The translations under genes and the position numbers were made by a program. A DNA stretch of 64,000 bases from Armatimonadota bacterium (lineage in GTDB: Bacteria; Armatimonadota; UBA10988), in NCBI GenBank assembly GCA_016235455.1, contig JACRKZ010000057.1, forward strand, positions 1 through 64,000, in the 5' to 3' direction. Below, piece after piece: positions 16,816 to 25,808 of the stretch (its first letter is position 1; each line of letters starts with the position of its first letter). Under the pieces are notes generated by a model. It did no database searches. It was not told the DNA's origin and saw nothing but the letters and a program-made list of their open reading frames with translations.

Positions 16816-18183
16816 TCAGGTGGTGGTGCGGCGGATGACCACCAAGGTCAGGTCGTCGCGCTTGGCGCCGACCTCATAGGCCTCGATCTCGCCGAACAGC
16901 CAGTTGGCCAGGTCCTGGGCCGACTCCGGGGCGGCCTGGGCGAGCATCTTGGCCAGCCCGCCGACCTCCAGTTCGTTGCCGCGCTTGTCCAGCGCCTCGA
17001 TCGCGCCGTCGGTGTAGAACACCAGGTAGTCGTCGGGCCGGAACGGGATGCGTGCCACGTCGTAGCGCATGTCGGGCTCCACGCCGAACACACAGCCGGT
17101 CGGCTCCCACAACTCCTCGACTTCGCCGGTGCTGGCCACCAGCTTGAGCGGCGGGCAATGGCCGGCGCGGCACATCTTGATGCGGTCGCGGTGCGGCTCG
17201 ACGACGGCGTAGACCATGGACACGAACATCTCGGGCGGCAGCTCCTTGTAGAGGATGCCGCCGAGCTTGGGCATGACCACCTCGGGCTGGCGGAACTGCT
17301 GGGCGCAGACGCGGAAGGCGTACTTGACCAACGGCAGGCGCAGCTGGCCCGGCACGCTCTTGCCGCTGACGTCGGCGCTGCATACGCCCACGGCCCCGTC
17401 GGCGAAGGCCACGGCGTCGTAGTAATCGCCGCCGACGACCACTGCTGCCTGCCGCGCGCGGATGCCGATCTCCACGCCGGGCACCTTGGGCAGCGTGGGC
17501 GGCAGGACCAGCGTCTGCAGTTCCTGCGCCATGTCCATCTGGCGTTTGAACTGGTCGAGCACCTTCTGCTGCTCATCGGCCTGGCGCCGCTCCTGGCGCC
17601 ACGACTCGGCCAGATAGCCGGCCAGCACCGCGGCGAGGAACAACAGTTCGGCGTTCGGCATCATCAACTGCTGCAACAGGCGCAGGCTGCGCTCGGCCGA
17701 GATGTCGTGCCGCATCTGAATGGAGGCGACCGCGCAGAGCGTGGCAAACGCCGCCGCGCCCACCGCGCCAGCCGCACCGAACCACATGGCGCCGACGATG
17801 ACGGTCAGGTAGTACAACCCGAACAGCCCGCCGTGTTGGCCGCCGGTATGGCTGATGAGCACCGTCAGGAGCAGCGTATCGACCGCCAGGAACAGCGGCC
17901 GCAAGCCGGTCAGCACGACGCGGCGGTAGATGGCCACGGCGCTGACCAGGCAGTAGGTGGCCGCTCCGCCGGCCACGAGGTAGAACGTGCGGTTGGGCAG
18001 GTCGGTGGACGCCACCGACGGCATGACCAGCACCACGGCCACGAGCAGCGTGCGGAACAGCGCCACGATGAGATCGGACTCGTTGTCGGGCGGCCGGATG
18101 CTGCGCGGCATACGCGCGCTGCCGCGGCCCTTGGCGAGCGCGGGAACGAGCATGCTGGCGGTGATGTCGTTCTGCTGCGCCAT
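16816..18183 (-). CDS. Membrane-bound PP2C/SpoIIE (RsbU-like) Ser/Thr phosphatase
   Basis: N-terminal TM bundle; VGGDYYD, ADVSGK, AGHCPP, FYTDG, DDLTLV. Confidence 0.9.
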   Translation of the reverse strand: MAQQNDITASMLVPALAKGRGSARMPRSIRPPDNESDLIVALFRTLLVAVVLVMPSVASTDLPNRTFYLVAGGAATYCLVSAVAIYRRVVLTGLRPLFLAVDTLLLTVLISHTGGQHGGLFGLYYLTVIVGAMWFGAAGAVGAAAFATLCAVASIQMRHDISAERSLRLLQQLMMPNAELLFLAAVLAGYLAESWRQERRQADEQQKVLDQFKRQMDMAQELQTLVLPPTLPKVPGVEIGIRARQAAVVVGGDYYDAVAFADGAVGVCSADVSGKSVPGQLRLPLVKYAFRVCAQQFRQPEVVMPKLGGILYKELPPEMFVSMVYAVVEPHRDRIKMCRAGHCPPLKLVASTGEVEELWEPTGCVFGVEPDMRYDVARIPFRPDDYLVFYTDGAIEALDKRGNELEVGGLAKMLAQAAPESAQDLANWLFGEIEAYEVGAKRDDLTLVVIRRTTT

Positions 18184-18191
18184 GGGTGTGG

Positions 18192-18833
18192 CTACTTGCC
18201 CTCGTCCTTGAACTGGTCGTCGGTCAGGCCCACATTGACCTTGTAGTCGGTCATCTTGAGCGTGGCCTTGAGCGACTCCTCCTGGTCCTTGTTGCGGAAG
18301 GTGGCGTCGAGCCGCACGTCGTTGGGCAGCCAGGCGCGGCCGATCTGCTGGTAGCCGATGGTCATGGTGACCGGCTTCTCATTGCCTTCGTAGCTGCGCA
18401 CGCAGCCCACGGTGAAGGAGTCGGCATCCACCCACACCAGGTGGTAGGCGCCGTGTCGCTTGTCGCCGCGCTCATCGGCGCGCAGTACGTACTGGTTGCG
18501 TCCGCCCAGCGGCTCCTCGCGCAGCAGCTTCACGTCGCAGGTTTGGGCCAGCCGGGCCAGCACGTTGCCCATGGCGAATCGCCACGACTTGGGCAGCACC
18601 GCGAAGTCACCGTCCAGCGGCCTGGCCTTGAACTTGTCGGGCATCTTGAACAAAATGGCGGCGCGGCTGTCGGGCACGCGGACGCTGGTGCCACGCACGC
18701 TGAACGACATCGTGCAGGTGAAGTCCTTGATGCCGCTCAACGTGGCCTTGTTCTTCTCGGTGATCTGCTCAACCGAGATCGCCAGGCACGGCAAGGCCGT
18801 CGTCACCATCAGGGCCAGGATCGCTCTGCGCAT
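18192..18833 (-). CDS. Exported LolA-like (lipoprotein-sorting fold) protein
   Basis: Signal peptide MRRAILALMVTTALPCLA; IKDFTC..F.MPDKF, VWVDADS, YQQIG..WLP, YKVNVGLTDDQF; RBS GGAG. Start lies inside the longer 447-aa ORF. Confidence 0.7.
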   Translation of the reverse strand: MRRAILALMVTTALPCLAISVEQITEKNKATLSGIKDFTCTMSFSVRGTSVRVPDSRAAILFKMPDKFKARPLDGDFAVLPKSWRFAMGNVLARLAQTCDVKLLREEPLGGRNQYVLRADERGDKRHGAYHLVWVDADSFTVGCVRSYEGNEKPVTMTIGYQQIGRAWLPNDVRLDATFRNKDQEESLKATLKMTDYKVNVGLTDDQFKDEGK

Positions 18834-19950
18834 CGTCCATCTCCAACTCGCACTCCGGCTCGTCGGCCGGGACCAACGCGGTGAGCGCGTTCTGCATGAT
18901 GCCGCGCACGTAGTCGTCGGGCTCGGCTTCGATTCGGTCGCGCAGCGCAGCGGCCGAGTCACCGTCCGGCTGCTCGCCCAACAATCGCGCTGCCTCGGCC
19001 CGCAGTGCGCCGACCTCGTCCCACAGCACCAGCGCCAGCAGGTCGGCCTGGGCCATCTGGCCGAAACCGCGCAGGCATTCGCGCCGCACCTTGGCGTCGT
19101 CGCTGGCGACATAGACGCGGCGCAGCGGCTCCGGGTCACCCAGCTCGCTGAGATGGGCCACGGTTTCCTGGCGCACGCGCGGGTCGCCGTGCGCCAGCAG
19201 CCGGCCCAAGGCGGGCGCATTGGCGGCGATGCCGGCCAACACCGCCGGCCGCACCGCGGCGCGTACGGCGTCGTCGTCATCGGCCAACAGCCGGAGCGCC
19301 GGCTCGTCGCCCAACTGGCCGATGAGCGCCGCCGCCAGGGGTGCCGCGGCCAACCGCCGGGCCGGATCCTCATCGTCCACCAGCGCGGCCAGCCGTTGCC
19401 GCGCCAAGTCAGGGGACAAGCGGCCCAACAGGCTGATGACCATTCGCCAACCCACGGGTCCGGCGGGCTCGGCGCGGCGCAGCAAGCCCAGCGCGAGCAC
19501 GCCGAGCGCGGCCAGATCCGTGGCCAACACCGCATCCGGCGGCTCGGTGGCCAGCCGCTCGGTCAGCGCGACCGGTGTTGCCTCAGTCGTGGCCAGCAGT
19601 GCGGCGGCGGCGGAATCGGCGGGGTCGGCCAGCACGGCCTCGGTCAGGGCCAGGCGAGCTTGCTGGGCTCGGCCGGCAGCCAGCAGCGCCGCGCCCAGGT
19701 GGCGCCATGGCCAGGCCGCGTCGGGCTGCGCCAGGACCGCCTCGCGCAACACGGCCAGCGCCTCGGCGCGCTGTTCCGCGCGCCACAGCATCGCGGCCAG
19801 GTACTGCCAGGCGACCGGCTCGGTTTCGCCGCCGGACGCGGCGGCACTGCGCACGGCGGCGCCGAGCGCGGCGATGGCCTCACCATCTCGGCCGGCGCGC
19901 CACAGCGCCACGCCACGCCGGGTCATCGCTGATACGGGTGTCGCATGCAT
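18769..19950 (-). CDS. TPR + HEAT/PBS-repeat protein
   Basis: N-terminal TPR-like helices (AW.YLA, PW.HLG.AL, P.D..A) and C-terminal HEAT repeats (LLADDDDAVR, LL.HGDPRVRQE, EPDDYVR); -10 TATACT just upstream. Confidence 0.65.
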   Translation of the reverse strand: MHATPVSAMTRRGVALWRAGRDGEAIAALGAAVRSAAASGGETEPVAWQYLAAMLWRAEQRAEALAVLREAVLAQPDAAWPWRHLGAALLAAGRAQQARLALTEAVLADPADSAAAALLATTEATPVALTERLATEPPDAVLATDLAALGVLALGLLRRAEPAGPVGWRMVISLLGRLSPDLARQRLAALVDDEDPARRLAAAPLAAALIGQLGDEPALRLLADDDDAVRAAVRPAVLAGIAANAPALGRLLAHGDPRVRQETVAHLSELGDPEPLRRVYVASDDAKVRRECLRGFGQMAQADLLALVLWDEVGALRAEAARLLGEQPDGDSAAALRDRIEAEPDDYVRGIMQNALTALVPADEPECELEMDDAQSDPGPDGDDGLAVPGDLG

Positions 19951-20028
19951 GGTAAGGCTGAGTATAGCGCAGGACGGCGGCGGTGGGACGAGCGACGTCG
20001 GTGGAGCACCCGCGTCGGACCCCGCGTC

Positions 20029-21372
20029 CTACCGCCCCCCACTCGCCTCCTGTTGCATCGAGCGCCGGAAACCGCGGAAGCTGAGCAGGCTGCCGGCGGT
20101 GGCCAGCGAGGCGACCAGTGGGCAGGCGACCAGCCCCCAGGGCCGGGCCGCGGTGTTGCCCAGGCGGTCCAGCAGGCCGCTGGCGATGATCACCGAGCAG
20201 GCCATGGCGGCCTTGGTGAAAGTGCCTTGCACGCCGTAGAACAGAGCCTCGCGGCGTTGGCCGGTGAGGCGTGCGTCGTGGTCGCAGATATCGGCCAGCA
20301 GCGCATGGGGCAGGATCATCAGTCCGGCCACCGCGGGCCCGGCGGCCAGCAGCAGCAGGATCATCGTGGGCAGGCTGCGCGGCACGGCCAGCAGCGGCAC
20401 GATGACGGCGAACCAGGCCATGGCGCGCGACCAGGTCCAGGCTCGCCCGTGGCTCTCCATGAGGCGCATGAGCAGCGGGAAGCAGAGCGCGCCGCCGATC
20501 AGCGCCGAGGCCTGGAGCAGACTGGCCCACAGGCCGTTCTGGGCCGGTGTGGCGCCGAGCCGCGCGATGGGCATCTGCGGCATGGCGGCCAGCACGAGCT
20601 GCAGCGCCATCCAGACCAGCAGGAAGGCGGCGATGTAGTGACGGAACGGCCGGCTGGCCAGCGTGGCGCGCAGTCCAGCGATCAGGCTGAGGTGGGTCTC
20701 GTTCTGGGGGACGATCGGCGCCCGGCGGGTGAGCAGCGGCAGGCTGGCGCTGACCAGGCCGAGGAAGGCGACGATCAGGCCCGCGCTCTGGAAGCCGGCC
20801 AAGGTGGGCGTCCGGCCACCGCCGGAGAGCGACTGCAGCAGCAGTCCGTAGAACGAGCCGACCAGCGTGCCGATGATGCCGAACACGGCCTGTGTGGTGG
20901 CCAGCGTGTTGCGCTCGTGGTCGGTGCGGGAGAGCTCGGGCATCATGGCCAGGTACGGCGCGAAGACCACGGCGAAGGAGCCGAAGAAGCCGCACAGCAC
21001 GGCCAGCAGGTACCAGCCGTTGCCCGCCGTCTCGGCCAGCCTGGGCGGGTGCCAGAGCAGGCAGAAGAACGCCGCCTGCGGCAACAGCCCGGCCAGGATG
21101 AGCGGCTTGCGCCGGCCCCAGCGGCTCCGCACGCGGTCGCTGGCGAAGCCGACCAGCGGGTCGACGATGGCGTCGAACACGCGGCCGGCGGCAAAGATGG
21201 CGGCGAACAGGCCGGCCGGCACCAGCCGCGGCAGGCCGAGGTCGGCATTGCCCTGGTACAAGGTCAGCACCCACGCCAGGACGATCAGACCGTACAGGTT
21301 AAGCGCCAGCGAGCCCGCGCCGAATAGCAGGTTGTCACGGGTGGTCAGGCTGGAGTGCTCGTTGTTGGCCAT
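20029..21372 (-). CDS. MFS transporter, GPH/MelB-like sugar:cation symporter family
   Basis: DAIVDPLVGFASDR..SRWGRRKP, APYLAMMPEL...ER, ADICD.D...TGQRREA.FYG; about 12 TM segments; start ATG 21372. Confidence 0.88.
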   Translation of the reverse strand: MANNEHSSLTTRDNLLFGAGSLALNLYGLIVLAWVLTLYQGNADLGLPRLVPAGLFAAIFAAGRVFDAIVDPLVGFASDRVRSRWGRRKPLILAGLLPQAAFFCLLWHPPRLAETAGNGWYLLAVLCGFFGSFAVVFAPYLAMMPELSRTDHERNTLATTQAVFGIIGTLVGSFYGLLLQSLSGGGRTPTLAGFQSAGLIVAFLGLVSASLPLLTRRAPIVPQNETHLSLIAGLRATLASRPFRHYIAAFLLVWMALQLVLAAMPQMPIARLGATPAQNGLWASLLQASALIGGALCFPLLMRLMESHGRAWTWSRAMAWFAVIVPLLAVPRSLPTMILLLLAAGPAVAGLMILPHALLADICDHDARLTGQRREALFYGVQGTFTKAAMACSVIIASGLLDRLGNTAARPWGLVACPLVASLATAGSLLSFRGFRRSMQQEASGGR

Positions 21373-21438
21373 GCTGGCTATCCGTTCCTTGGGTCTGGCG
21401 TTACAATCGACCGTCAGCATAACGCATCGAGGTGGACC

Positions 21439-22476
21439 GTGGTCAGGCAAGCCATCATCGACATCGTGGACGGCGCCGTGCTCGATACCGAGCGCGCTGA
21501 GCGGGTCATGGCCAGCGTCATGGACGGCGAGGCCACCAGCGCGCAGATCGCCGCGCTGCTCACCGCGCTGCGGCTGCGGGGCGAGACGGTGGGTGAGGTG
21601 GTCGGCTTCGCGCGGGCCATGCGCAGCCACGCCGTGCCCGTGCGCACGAGTCGTGTGCCCGTCATCGACACCTGCGGCACCGGCGGCGGTGGCGCGGCCA
21701 CCATCAATGTCAGCACCGGCGCGGCGCTGGTGGCCGCGGGCGCCGGGCTGGCCGTGGCCAAACACGGCAACCGCGCCGTGACCAGCCGTTGCGGCAGCGC
21801 CGACGTGCTGGCCGCGCTGGGCGTGACCATCGAGCTCGACGCCGCGCAGGCTGGCGCCTGCCTGGACCAGGCGGGTATCAGCTTCCTGTTCGCGCCGCGG
21901 CTGCATCCGGCCATGAAGCACGCCGTCGCTCCGCGCCGCGAGATCGGTGTGCGCACCGTGTTCAACATCCTCGGCCCGCTGACCAACCCGGCCGGCGCGC
22001 GGCGGCAGGTGATCGGCGCACCGTCGGTGGCGCTGGCGGACCTGATGGCCGAGGCGCTGGCCCACCTCGGCGCCGAGCGCGTGTGGGTGGTGCATGGCTT
22101 GGTCGGCGTCGACGAACTGGCCTGCGAGGGCGAGTCGTATGTGTGCGACGTGGCCGGCGGCACCGTCACCCGGCGGCGCGTCTGTCCAGCCGATGCGGGC
22201 CTGCCCCAGCACGCCACCGCGGATGTGCTGGGCGACAGCGCCGAGTCGAACGCCGCCGACCTGCTGGCCATCCTGCGCGGGCAGCGGGGCGCCAAACGTG
22301 ACTTCGTCGTCCTCAACGCCGCCGCGGCGCTGGTCGTGGGCGGGCTGGCCGGCGACCTGGCCGAAGGTGCCCGGCTGGCCGCCGCGAGCCTCGACTCGGG
22401 TGCCGCGCTGGCCAGTCTGGATGCCTGGCGAGCCGCGTCGTCAGTCGTCGCGACGGGCCAGGCAGCGCCGCAGTGA
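21439..22476 (+). CDS. trpD: Anthranilate phosphoribosyltransferase
   Basis: DTCGTGG, INVST, AKHGNR.VTS.CGSADVL, RTVFNILGPLTNPA, VHG..G.DE; GTG start after GAGG. Confidence 0.95.
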   Translation: MVRQAIIDIVDGAVLDTERAERVMASVMDGEATSAQIAALLTALRLRGETVGEVVGFARAMRSHAVPVRTSRVPVIDTCGTGGGGAATINVSTGAALVAAGAGLAVAKHGNRAVTSRCGSADVLAALGVTIELDAAQAGACLDQAGISFLFAPRLHPAMKHAVAPRREIGVRTVFNILGPLTNPAGARRQVIGAPSVALADLMAEALAHLGAERVWVVHGLVGVDELACEGESYVCDVAGGTVTRRRVCPADAGLPQHATADVLGDSAESNAADLLAILRGQRGAKRDFVVLNAAAALVVGGLAGDLAEGARLAAASLDSGAALASLDAWRAASSVVATGQAAPQ

Positions 22477-23001
22477 GGTCCAGGTAGGCAGCAGGAACGG
22501 CGTGCGCGCGCGGTAGGCCAGGTAGGCGTCGCCAAAGCGCAGCGCCAGTTCGTGCTCCTCGACTCCGCGGTGATAGCCCTGGGCGACGGCCAGGATGGCC
22601 AGGCCGGCGACGCTCGCCCCGAGCAGGCCGGCGGTCGTCAGCAGCAGGCCGAGGTAGGCGGTCAGGGCACCGAGCACCATCGGATTGCGGCACAACCGGT
22701 ACGGCCCGCTGGTCAGCAGGGCCTGGGTGGGCAGCAGCGGCACGGGCGTGCCGCGACCCCATGTGACCTGGACGGCCACGGTCCATAGCGCAAGCGCCGC
22801 GCCCAGCACCACCAGCGCCCAGCCCACGGGCGGCGGCAGCAGCGGCGTGCCCCGCGGATCCGCGCGCCGTGCGAGCAGTACGAGCAGCGCGGGCACCACG
22901 GCGCCAAACAGCGCCAGACCCAACAGCACGGCCACGGCGCGCGCGGCTGGTGGCCGCTCGCCGGGCGCATTGCGGGCCAGGAAGCTGGCCAGTCTGGTCA
23001 T
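22441..23001 (-). CDS. Isoprenylcysteine-carboxyl/phospholipid methyltransferase-family membrane protein
   Basis: GRGTP.P..PT..L...GPYR.CRNPM, EE.EL..RFG.AY..Y...TP; convergent 36-nt overlap with trpD. Confidence 0.85.
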   Translation of the reverse strand: MTRLASFLARNAPGERPPAARAVAVLLGLALFGAVVPALLVLLARRADPRGTPLLPPPVGWALVVLGAALALWTVAVQVTWGRGTPVPLLPTQALLTSGPYRLCRNPMVLGALTAYLGLLLTTAGLLGASVAGLAILAVAQGYHRGVEEHELALRFGDAYLAYRARTPFLLPTWTSLRRCLARRDD

Positions 23002-23042
23002 GCGCTGACTCCCCGTGGCTCGAGGCCGAGCGTCGGCTTCGG

Positions 23043-23071
23043 TTGACGGCCCGATCTGGCTATGGTATAAC
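23043..23071 (+). promoter_or_regulatory. Near-consensus sigma-70 promoter
   Basis: TTGACG-N17-TATAAC with extended -10 TG. Confidence 0.75.
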
Positions 23072-23276
23072 GACCATGTAACGCGGGGCGCCGCCCTGGT
23101 TCTCTTTCCTGCGCGCGGCGGTCGTGTTGATGATGACGATCCCGATCATGGTGCGTGCCGGCTGACAAGATTAGGCCGCCCCGTGGGGACCGGTCGGCCA
23201 GCCGCCACGCGAAGGTGCCATCGAGCCCTCTCTGCGACCGCGGTCAGTGGTCGGCAGAGAGCGGCGTAGAGTTTTC

Positions 23277-25628
23277 ATGGCGATCAAAGCGAAGCCCAAG
23301 CGTCGGGCGCAGAGCAATCACAGTCGCGGCGCTTTCCCTCGGCGGTTGACCTGGCGAGAAGTCGAGTCGGCCTTCAACCACATGTTTGAGCATGGCGTGG
23401 AAACCACCGAGGCGACTCGGCTCATCCACCGGTTCAAGCGTGCCCGCAGCCAACTGCTGCCCATCTTCAGCGTCATGGTCGTCTCGCCCTATGAGCGCGA
23501 GCGCACGCTGGCCAACGACTTGCTCGGCAAGATCGGTGGCCGGACCACGCTGACCATGGTGGAGTCGGTTCTCGCCGACATCGACATTTACGAGCCCTTC
23601 AAGCTCGAGTTGCGGCGCCTGGCCGAGAAGTTGGCCCTCGATACGGCTCACCTGCCCGACGACGAGGACGACGACGACGGCGATGGCGAGCGCCCGGTGC
23701 GGGCCAAGGCCGACGGTGAAGCCGACGGCGAGGCCGAGGGCGAGGGTGAGGAGCGCGGTCGGCAGCCCCGAGGGCGGGCCAAGCGCGGCCGGGCCGGCGC
23801 GGCCCGCGGCAAGCGCGGCGCTCCGGGCGAGGGTGAGGCCGCCGAGGTCGTCACCGAACGGCCCAGGCCGTCGCGTCGCCGCAAGCTCAAGCCCTTGAGC
23901 GAGGGTGAGGCCAAGCAGCTCTTCAGCCGGCCCGGCGAGGCGTTCCTGGCCGCGCTTGACGATCCCATCGACCGCCTGGTTGCCGGGTTCTGGCTCATTG
24001 ATCCGGCCAAGCGGGTGTCGTTCGCCGACCGGCTGGTCAAGGTCGACGAGCCGCGCCTGGTGCCGTTCCTTACCGCGCTGCTGGCCAGCGACCAGCGCGC
24101 TCTGGTGCACAGCGCCCTCAAGGCCATCGCCGCGCTCGGTCATCCCAGCGCGCTGGAAGGCGTTGAGGCGCTCATCTCCCGCACGCAGACCAAGGCGGTC
24201 CGGCAGCGCGCTGAAGAGGTCCGCGCCCAACTGCTCGACCCCGCGGCCCGGGCACCGCAGAGCGATGCCGCGGAATCCGACGAGGCCGAAGAGGCGGGCG
24301 ATGGCCGCCGGCGTTCGCGCCGCTCGCGGCCGCGACCCAAGAACGCCGATGTGCTGGGTCAGCCCGACGTCGAGTCCGACGGCGAGCCGGGCGACGATGA
24401 AGGGCGCGGCGAGCGCACTCAGCCGGCGGACGCCGCGGGTCTGGGTCTGGTGGTGCGTGTGGCGCCGCCGGTTGATTTGGTCAACGAGACGCCCATCGAG
24501 GCCACGGCTCGGTTGCCGCGCCTGCAGAACTGCCTGGCTTCGGGCCTTGGCAGCGACGGCACGCAGTGGATCTGGGTCTACCGCGCGGGCTCCGGCGGCA
24601 CGCTGGAGCGCTTGACGCTGTGCGTCAACGACGCCGGCTGGCAGGCCGCGGTGCTCGACCAGGGTTTGCCTGGTGACGCCGATCGTGCCGACCTGGCCGC
24701 CGCCGCCGAGGCCGGCGAGCAGCGCGTCGAGGTGACCATGGCCTACGGCCGGCGCCGCGTGCAGCAGGCCGCTTCGATCAACGCCGAGCGCGGGCTGGCG
24801 CTGCCGACGTGCGCGTCCGCCGCCATGGCCTGGCTGGGCACCGGCCGTCGCGTCGAGGTCGAGGAAGAGGTGGACGGCGAGACGCTGATCACCGTCGAAT
24901 CGGCTCAGGTGCTGGCACTGCTGGAGCATCCGCTGATGGCCGGCTGGAGTGTGCGCGTCACACCGGACGGCGAGGCTACCGCGCAGTGGCTGGCTACGCG
25001 CCGACGGCGCAGCGCCTCGCGCCAGCGCAAGTTGCTCATCGATGATGTGGTGAACGCCTGGCTCGACGAGGTGGGTTCGGCCACACTGGCCGAGCGTCTG
25101 CGGCTCCAGGCCTGGCTGCTGCGTCGTGCCAACCAGGACGAGCTGGCCGATGTGGCCACCGCCCTGGCTGTCCAGCTCCTGGGCGACCGCGCCACGGACA
25201 ACATGCTGCTGCGTGAGATCGTCTACCGCGCGCTAGGTGTGGCCCTGGACGAAGTGCGCGATTTGCGCCACGCTGAACGAGCCGAACGTCGTGATCGACC
25301 GGCGCCGGAGCGGACCGCCGCGGCGCCCGCAGTCACGGATGTCATCGACGTCGAAGCCGAGGACGACGAGGGCGATGAGCCCGACGAGTCGCCGGCCCGC
25401 GGCGAGCGGGAGTCGCGCGATGGCCGACGGCGAGATCGCCGCCGCCGTGGCGGACGCAACCGCCGTCGCGGCCCCGGTCGCGCCGTTGCTGGCAAGCGGT
25501 TGGTGGCCACGCGCTGCCGACGGCGGCGCCTGGCGGCCCAGCGTGTGCGTCAGACCACGGCTCGGCGACTGACCGTGTCGCGAGCGCTGCTGGCGCGCAA
25601 GAACCGGGCGCATCGCCGCCGCCGGTAG
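23277..25628 (+). CDS. Large hypothetical protein (783 aa) with HEAT-like repeats and charged low-complexity regions
   Basis: Long ORF with GC-rich third positions; HEAT-like segment (LVPFLTALL..ALKAIAALGHPSAL); acidic/Arg-rich linkers; Arg-rich C-terminus. Confidence 0.75.
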   Translation: MAIKAKPKRRAQSNHSRGAFPRRLTWREVESAFNHMFEHGVETTEATRLIHRFKRARSQLLPIFSVMVVSPYERERTLANDLLGKIGGRTTLTMVESVLADIDIYEPFKLELRRLAEKLALDTAHLPDDEDDDDGDGERPVRAKADGEADGEAEGEGEERGRQPRGRAKRGRAGAARGKRGAPGEGEAAEVVTERPRPSRRRKLKPLSEGEAKQLFSRPGEAFLAALDDPIDRLVAGFWLIDPAKRVSFADRLVKVDEPRLVPFLTALLASDQRALVHSALKAIAALGHPSALEGVEALISRTQTKAVRQRAEEVRAQLLDPAARAPQSDAAESDEAEEAGDGRRRSRRSRPRPKNADVLGQPDVESDGEPGDDEGRGERTQPADAAGLGLVVRVAPPVDLVNETPIEATARLPRLQNCLASGLGSDGTQWIWVYRAGSGGTLERLTLCVNDAGWQAAVLDQGLPGDADRADLAAAAEAGEQRVEVTMAYGRRRVQQAASINAERGLALPTCASAAMAWLGTGRRVEVEEEVDGETLITVESAQVLALLEHPLMAGWSVRVTPDGEATAQWLATRRRRSASRQRKLLIDDVVNAWLDEVGSATLAERLRLQAWLLRRANQDELADVATALAVQLLGDRATDNMLLREIVYRALGVALDEVRDLRHAERAERRDRPAPERTAAAPAVTDVIDVEAEDDEGDEPDESPARGERESRDGRRRDRRRRGGRNRRRGPGRAVAGKRLVATRCRRRRLAAQRVRQTTARRLTVSRALLARKNRAHRRRR

Positions 25629-25808
25629 CGCGCTCTCAGGATCGGTGCCGCCGGGCCAGATCGCCGCGCTCCCGCGTGGCGTCGGCCAGAGGCGAAGCCG
25701 GCGGCCGACCGATAGCGACGCTGTTGGTGAGGTCGTGTCTCCGACCCGATGCCACGCTGGAGCGTGGCGGTCCGGCGCCAGCACCTGGTGGCCTGCCGCG
25801 GAGCCGAG

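Noticed and set aside
20029-22212. Very long N-terminal extensions in the ORF track (MFS 727 aa, aroK 534 aa, LolA-like 447 aa, FGE fusion 772 aa, rSAM 982 aa) suggesting novel fusions
   Set aside because: The extensions overlap other well-supported genes or promoters; internal starts with RBS or family-typical N-termini explain the real proteins.
23205-23225. GAAGGTGCC resembling SAM-I or cobalamin riboswitch fragments
   Set aside because: Other conserved elements (ATC..GAG, GCAACC, B12 box) were not found; kept only as an unclassified structured leader.
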